Part shown: positions 56,436 to 64,000 of the stretch, one piece after another | Numbering within the stretch: position 1 is the stretch's first letter | Layout of the letters: the number at the start of each line of letters is the position of its first letter | Assembly: GCA_964016885.1 (NCBI GenBank) | Contig: OZ024744.1 | Coordinates: forward strand, 123,318,001 to 123,382,000 | Length of the DNA stretch: 64,000 bases | From: Eledone cirrhosa | Taxonomy: Eukaryota | Direction of reading: 5' to 3' | Position numbers and translations under genes: made by a program | The notes under the pieces: model-generated | Databases searched by the model: none | What the model saw: only the letters and a program-made list of their open reading frames with translations | What the model was told of the DNA's origin: nothing

Positions 56436-59400
56436 GTTAACTCTCAACATAGAAATGTTACTAGTTAACTCGCAACATAACAGTTTTACTAGTTAACCCG
56501 CAACATAACAGTTTTGCTAGTTAACTATCAACATAACAGTCATAGTTTTACTAATTAACTCTCAACATAACAGTTTTACTAGTTAACTCTCAGCATAACA
56601 GCTTTACTAGTTAATTATACACATAACAGTTTTACTATTTAACTATCAACATAACAGATAGTTTTACTGGTTAACTCTCAACATAACAGTTTCAATAGTT
56701 AACTATCAACATAACAGTCATAATTTTACTAGGTAACTATCAACAAAGTAGTTTTACTAGTTAACTCTCAACATAACAGTTTTACTAGTTAAGTCTCAGC
56801 ATAACAGCTTTACTAGTTGATTATCAACATAACAGTTTCACTAGTTAACTATCAACATAACAGTTTTACTAGTTAACTATCAACATAACAGTTATAGTTT
56901 TACTAGTTAACTATCAACATAACAGTTTTACTAGTTAACTCTGAACATAACAGTTTTATTAGTTAACTATCAACATAACAGTTATAGTTTTAATAGTTAA
57001 CTCTCAACATAACAGTTTTACTAGTTAACTCGCAACGTAACAGTTTTACTGGTTAACTCTCAACATAACAGTTTTACTAGTTAACTATCAGCATAAAAGC
57101 TTTGATAGTTAACTATCAACATAAAAGTTTTAATAGTTAACTATCAACATAACAGTTATAGTATTACGAGTTAACTCTCAACATAGTAGTTTTACTAGTT
57201 AACTCTCTGCATAACAGCTTTACTAGCTAACTATCAACATAACAGTTTTACTATTTAACTATCAACATAACAGATAGTTTTACTGGTTAACTCTCAACAT
57301 AACTATTTGACTAGTTAACTATCAACATAAGTGTTATAGTTTTACTAGGTAACTATCAACATAGTAGTTTTACTAGTTAACTCTCAACATAACAGTTTTA
57401 CTAGTTAACTCGCAACGTAACAGTTTTACTAGTTAACTATCAACATAATTAGTTTTACTAGCTAACTATCAACATAACAGATATAGTTTTACTAGTTAAC
57501 TATCAACATAGTATTTTTTACTACGTAACTCTCAACATAACAGTTTTACTAGTTAACTCTCAACATAAAAGTTTTACTATTTAACTAGCAACATAAGAGT
57601 TTTACTAGTTAACTCGCAACATAACAGTTTTACGTGTTAACTCTCAGCATAACAGTTATAGATGTACTAGTTAACTATCAACATAAAAGATATAGTTTTA
57701 CTAGCTATCAACATAAGTTATAGTTTTACTAGTTAGCAATCAACATAGCAGTTTTACTAGTTAACTATCAACATAACAGTTATGGTTTTACTAATTACAT
57801 ATCAACATAACAGTTTTACTAGTTAACACACAAGATAACAGTTTTACTAGTTAACTCTCAGCATAACAGTTTTACTAGTTAACTCGTAACATAACATTTT
57901 ACTAGTTAACTATCAACATAACATATATAGTATTACTAGTTAACTCTGCAAATAATAGTTTTACTAGTTAACTATCAACATAACAGTTATAGTTTTACTA
58001 GTTAACTCTCAACATAACAGTTTTGCTAGTTAACTATCAACATAACACTTTTACTAGTTAAGTACTAACATAACAGTTATAGTTTTACTAGTTAACTATC
58101 AACATAACAGTTTTACTAGTCAATTCTCAACATAACAGTTTTACTAGTTAACTCTCAGCATAAAAGTTTTACTAGTTAACTATCAACATAACAGTTTTAA
58201 CAGATAACTATCAACATAACAGTTATAGTTATACAAGTTACCTAATACCATGAGAGTTTTACTAGTTAACTATCGACATAACAGTTATAGATTTACTAGT
58301 TAACTATCAAGATAGTAGTTTTACTAGTTAACTCTCAACATAACAATTTTACTAGTTAACTCGCAACATAACAGTTTTACTAGTTAACTCGCAGCATAAC
58401 ACTTTTGCTAGTTAACTATCAACATAACAGTTATAGATTTACTAATTAACTCTCAACATAACAGTATACTAGTTAACTCTCAGCATAACAGCTTTACTAG
58501 ATAACTATCAACATAACAGTTTTACTATTTAACTATCAACATAACAGATAGTTTTACTGGTTAACTCTCAACATAACAGTTTTACTAGTTAACTCTCAAC
58601 ATAGAAATGTTACTAGTTAACCCGCAACATAACAGTTTTGCTAGTTAACTATCAACATAACAGTCATAGTTTTACTAATTAACTCTCAACATAACAGTTT
58701 TACTAGTTAACTCTCAGCATAACAGCTTTACTAGTTAATTATACACATAACAGTTTTACTATTTAACTATCAACATAACAGATAGTTTTACTGGTTAACT
58801 CTCAACATAACTATTTGACTAGTTAACTATCAACATAAGTGTTATAGTTTTACTAGGTAACTATCAACATAGTAGTTTTACTAGTTAACTCTCAACATAA
58901 CAGTTTTACTAGTTAACTCGCAACGTAACAGTTTTACTAGTTAACTCTCAACATAACAGTTTTACTAGTTAACTCTCAGCATAAAACTTTTGCTAGTTAA
59001 CTATCAATATAACAGTTTTACTAGTTAACTATAAACATAACATTTATAGTTTTACTAGTTAACTATCAACATAACAGTTATAGTTTTACTAGTTAACTCT
59101 CAACATAAAAGTTATACTAGTTAACTCTCAATATTAGTTTTACTAGTTAACTCACAACATAACAATTTTAGAAGTTAACTCTCAGCGTATCAATTTTGCT
59201 AGTTAACTATCAACATAATAGTTGTACTAGTTAACTATCAACATAACAGTTATAGTTTTAGTAGTTAATTATCAACATAACAGTTTTACTAGTTAACTCA
59301 CAAAATAACAGTTTTACTAGTTAACTATCAGCATAACAGTTTTACTAGTTAACTATCAACATAACAATTTTACTAGTTAACTCTCAACATAACAGTTTTA

Positions 59401-62400
59401 CTAGTTACCTCTCAGCATAACAGTTTTGCTAGTTAACTATCAACATAACAGTTATAGATTTACTGGTTAACTATCAACATAACAGTTTTACTAGTTAACT
59501 ATCAACATAACAGTTATAGGTTTACTAGTTACATATCAACATAACAGTTTTACTAGTTAACTCTCAACATAACAGTTTTACTAGTTAACTGTCAGCATAA
59601 AACTTTTGCTAGTTAACTATCAATATAACAGTTTTACTAGTTAATTATACACATAACATTTATAGTTTTACTAGTTAACTATCAACATAACAGTTATAGT
59701 TTTACTAGTTAACTCTCAACATAAAAGTTATACTAGTTAACTCTCAATATTAGTTTTACTAGTTAACACACAACATAACAATTTTAGAAGTTAACTCTCA
59801 GCGTATCAATTTTGCTAGTTAACTATCAACATAATAGTTGTACTAGTTAACTATCAACATAACAGTTATAGTTTTACTAGTTAATTATCAACATAACAGT
59901 TTTACTAGTTAACCCACAATATAACAGTTTTACTAGTTAACTATCAGCATAACAGTTTTACTAGTTAACTATCAACATAACAATTTTACTAGTTAACTCT
60001 CAACATAACAGTTTTACTAGTTACCTCTCAGCATAACAGTTTTGCTAGTTAAATATCAACATAACAGTTATAGATTTACTAGTTAACTATCAACATAACA
60101 GTTTTACTAGTTAACTCACAATATAACAGTTTTACTAGTTAACTCACCACATAAAGGTTTTACTAGTTAACTATCAACATAAAAGATAGTTTTACTAGCT
60201 AACTATCAACATAACAGTTATAGTTTTACTAGTTAGCAATCAACATAGCAGTTTTACTAGTTAACTATCAACATAACAGTTATAGGTTTACTAGTTACAT
60301 ATCAACATAACAGTTTTATTAGTTAAATCTCAACATAAGTTTTACTAGTTAACTCTCAAGATAACAGTTTTACTAGTTAACTAGTAACATAACATTTTAC
60401 TAGTTAACTATCAACATAACAGATATAGTTTTACTAATTAACTCTGAACATAACAGTTTTACTAGTTAACTATCAACATAACAGTTATAGTTTTACTAGT
60501 TAACTCTCAACATAATAGTTTTACTAGTTAACTGGCAACATAACAGTTTTACTAGTTAAATCTCAACATAACAGTTTTGCTAGTTAACTCTCATGATAAC
60601 AGTTTTGCTATTTAACTTTCAACATAACAGTTTTACTAGTTAACTCTCAACATAACAGTTTTACTAGTTAATTCTCAGCATAACAGTTTTGCCAGTTAAC
60701 TATCAACATAAAAGTTATAGTTTTACTAGTTAACTATACACATAACAGTTTTACTAGTTAACTCACAATATAACAGTTTTGCTAGTTAACTATCAACATA
60801 ACAGTTTTACGAGTTAAATATCAACATAATTAGTTTTACTAGTTAACTATCAACATAACAGATATAGTTTTACTAGCTAATTATCAACATAACAGTTATA
60901 GTTTTACTAGTTAACTATCAACATAGTATTTTTTTACTACCTAACTCTCAACATAACAGTTTTATTAGTTAACTCTCAACATAAAAGTTTTACTATTTAA
61001 CTCGCAACATAAGAGTTTTCCTAGTTAACTCGCAACAACAGTTTTACGACTTAACTCTCAGCATAAAGTTTTACTAGTTAACTATCAACATAACAGTTTT
61101 ACTAGTTAACTATCAACATAACAGCTATAGATTTACTAGTTAACTATCAACATAACAGTTTTACTAGTTAACTCACAATATAACAGTTTTACTAGTTAAC
61201 TCTCAGCATAAAGGTTTTACTAGTTAACTCTCAGCATAACAGTTTTGTTAGTTAACTATCACCATGAGAGTTTTACTAGTTAACTATCAACATAAAAGAT
61301 ATAGTTTTACTAGCTATCAACATAACAGTTATAGTTTTACTAGTTAACAATCAACATAGCAGTTTTACCAGTTAACTATCAACATAACGGTTATAGTTTT
61401 ACTAGTTACATAGCAGAACAGTTTTATTAGTTAACTCTCAACATAACAGTTTTACTAGTTACCTCTCAAGATAACAGTTTTACTAGTTAACTCTCAGCAT
61501 AACAGTTTTACTAGTTAACTATCAACATAACAGTTTTATTAGTTAACTCGTAACATAACATTTTACTAGTTAACTATCAACATAACAGATATAGAATTAC
61601 TAGTTAACTCTGAACATAACAGTTTTACTAGTTAACTATCAACATAACAGTTAGTTTTACTAGTTAACTCTCAACATAATAGTTTTACTAGTTAACTCGC
61701 AACATAACAGTTTTACTAGTTAACTCTCAACATAACAGTTTTACTAGTTAACTCTCAAAATAACAGTTTTGCTATTTAACTTTCAACATAACAGTTTTAC
61801 TAGTTAACTATCAACATAACAGTTTTACTAGTTAACTATCAACATAACAGTTATGGTTTTACTAATTACATATCAACATAACAGTTTTACTAGTTAACTC
61901 ACAAGATAACAGTTTTACTAGTTAACTCTCAGCATAACAGTTTTACTAGTTAACTCGTAACATAACATTTTACTAGTTAACTATCAACATAACATATATA
62001 GTTTTACTAGTTAACTTTGCAAATAATAGTTTTACTAGTTAACTATCAACATAACAGTTATAGTTTTACTAGTTAACTATCAACATAACAGTTTTACTAG
62101 CCAACTCTCAACATAACAGTTTTACTAGTTAACTCTCAGCATAAAAGTTTTACTAGTTAACTATCAACATAACAGTTTTAACAGATAACTATCAACATAA
62201 CAGTTATAGTTATACAAGTTACCTAATACCATGAGAGTTTTACTAGTTAACTATCGACATAACAGTTATAGATTTACTAGTTAACTATCAAGATAGTAGT
62301 TTTACTAGTTAACTCTCAACATAACAATTTTACTAGTTAACTCGCAACATAACAGTTTTACTAGTTAACTCGCAGCATAACACTTTTGCTAGTTAACTAT

Positions 62401-62568
62401 CAACATAACAGTTATAGATTTACTAATTAACTCTCAACATAACAGTATACTAGTTAACTCTCAGCATAACAGCTTTACTAGATAACTATCAACATAACAG
62501 TTTTACTATTTAACTATCAACATAACAGATAGTTTTACTGGTTAACTCTCAACATAACAGTTTTACTA
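56436..62568. repeat. HOR unit 10, short class (6133 bp)
   Basis: Marker at 56436 and 62569; short-type junction at 61893. Confidence 0.92.
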
Positions 62569-64000
62569 GTTAACTCTCAACATAGAAATGTTACTAGTTA
62601 ACTCGCAACATAACAGTTTTACTAGTTAACCCGCAACATAACAGTTTTGCTAGTTAACTATCAACATAACAGTCATAGTTTTACTAATTAACTCTCAACA
62701 TAACAGTTTTACTAGTTAACTCTCAGCATAACAGTTTTACTATTTAACTATCAACATAACAGATAGTTTTACTGGTTAACTCTCAACATAACAGTTTCAA
62801 TAGTTAACTATCAACATAACAGTCATAATTTTACTAGGTAACTATCAACAAAGTAGTTTTACTAGTTAACTCTCAACATAACAGTTTTATTAGTTAAGTC
62901 TCAGCATAACAGCTTTACTAGTTGATTATCAACATAACAGTTTCACTAGTTAACTATCAACATAACAGTTTTACTAGTTAACTATCAACATAACAGTTTT
63001 ACTAGTTAACTCTGAACATAACAGTTTTATTAGTTAACTATCAACATAACAGTTATAGTTTTAATAGTTAACTCTCAACATAACAGTTTTACTAGTTAAC
63101 TCGCAACGTAACAGTTTTACTGGTTAACTCTCAACATAACAGTTTTACTAGTTAACTATCAGCATAAAAGCTTTGATAGTTAACTATCAACATAAAAGTT
63201 TTAATAGTTAACTATCAACATAACAGTTATAGTATTACGAGTTAACTCTCAACATAGTAGTTTTACTAGTTAACTCTCTGCATAACAGCTTTACTAGTTA
63301 ACTATCAACATAACAGTTTTACTATTTAACTATCAACATAACAGATAGTTTTACTGGTTAACTCTCAACATAACTATTTGACTAGTTAACTATCAACATA
63401 AGTGTTATAGTTTTACTAGGTAACTATCAACATAGTAGTTTTACTAGTTAACTCTCAACATAACAGTTTTACTAGTTAACTCGCAACGTAACAGTTTTAC
63501 TAGTTAACTATCAACATAATTAGTTTTACTAGCTAACTATCAACATAACAGATATAGTTTTACTAGTTAACTATCAACATAGTATTTTTTACTACGTAAC
63601 TCTCAACATAACAGTTTTACTAGTTAACTCTCAACATAAAAGTTTTACTATTTAACTAGCAACATAAGAGTTTTACTAGTTAACTCGCAACATAACAGTT
63701 TTACGTGTTAACTCTCAGCATAACAGTTATAGATGTACTAGTTAACTATCAACATAAAAGATATAGTTTTACTAGCTATCAACATAAGTTATAGTTTTAC
63801 TAGTTAGCAATCAACATAGCAGTTTTACTAGTTAACTATCAACATAACAGTTATGGTTTTACTAATTACATATCAACATAACAGTTTTACTAGTTAACAC
63901 ACAAGATAACAGTTTTACTAGTTAACTCTCAGCATAACAGTTTTACTAGTTAACTCGTAACATAACATTTTACTAGTTAACTATCAACATAACATATATA
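62569..64000. repeat. HOR unit 11, partial (cut by window end)
   Basis: Marker at 62569; head block with the same order of variants as units 7 and 8. Confidence 0.9.

Larger units (their letters stand above)
1..64000. repeat. Tandem satellite array, 28-bp monomer GTTAACT(A/C)TCAACATAACAGTTTTACTA with 32/34-bp variants; extends beyond both window edges
   Basis: Head-to-tail monomers from first to last base, one orientation, no unique sequence seen. Consensus is 7-8 GC of 28, with a C-rich/G-poor + strand. Confidence 0.99.

Noticed and set aside
1-64000. CRISPR array (28-bp, partly palindromic repeat starting GTT)
   Set aside because: Repeats are head-to-tail with no unique spacers, no leader and no cas genes.
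1-64000. Protein-coding repeat ORF on either strand
   Set aside because: The + strand monomer has TAA/TAA/TAG at positions 3, 15 and 27, and 28 and 34 are both 1 mod 3, so every frame is closed within about three monomers. The dyad also places TAA/TAG on the - strand.
1-64000. Telomerase-made telomeric repeat (long yeast-type unit)
   Set aside because: No G-rich strand motif, and multi-kb HORs with inherited variants indicate recombinational amplification, not templated addition.
1-64000. Inversions or strand switches in the array
   Set aside because: I saw no reverse-orientation monomers (TAGTAAAACTGTTATGTTGA) anywhere.

Overview
The whole 64 kb window is one uninterrupted, single-orientation, AT-rich (about 72-75% AT) satellite array. 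I see no genes, RNA genes, mobile elements or unique sequence. The monomer is 28 bp, consensus GTTAACT(A/C)TCAACATAACAGTTTTACTA, with common 34-bp (+ATAGTT) and 32-bp (+ATAG/TTAG) length variants. The monomer junction carries a dyad, TAGTTAACTA, with overlapping ACTAGT/GTTAAC. Diverged monomers are arranged in very long, nearly identical higher-order repeats (HORs). Phased on the marker CATAGAAATGTTACTAGTTAACTCGC, the units measure 7770, 2626, 2660, 7895, 7895, 6047, 6071, 7700, 7771 and 6133 bp, plus a partial unit. They fall into three classes (long ~7.8 kb, short ~6.1 kb, mini ~2.6 kb), each built from older nested duplications. This looks like eukaryotic centromeric or heterochromatic satellite, but the organism and function cannot be established from sequence alone. 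The most unusual signal is that several monomer variants perfect inverted repeats, which suggests template-switch (quasi-palindrome) mutagenesis. All coordinates and comparisons were read by eye.
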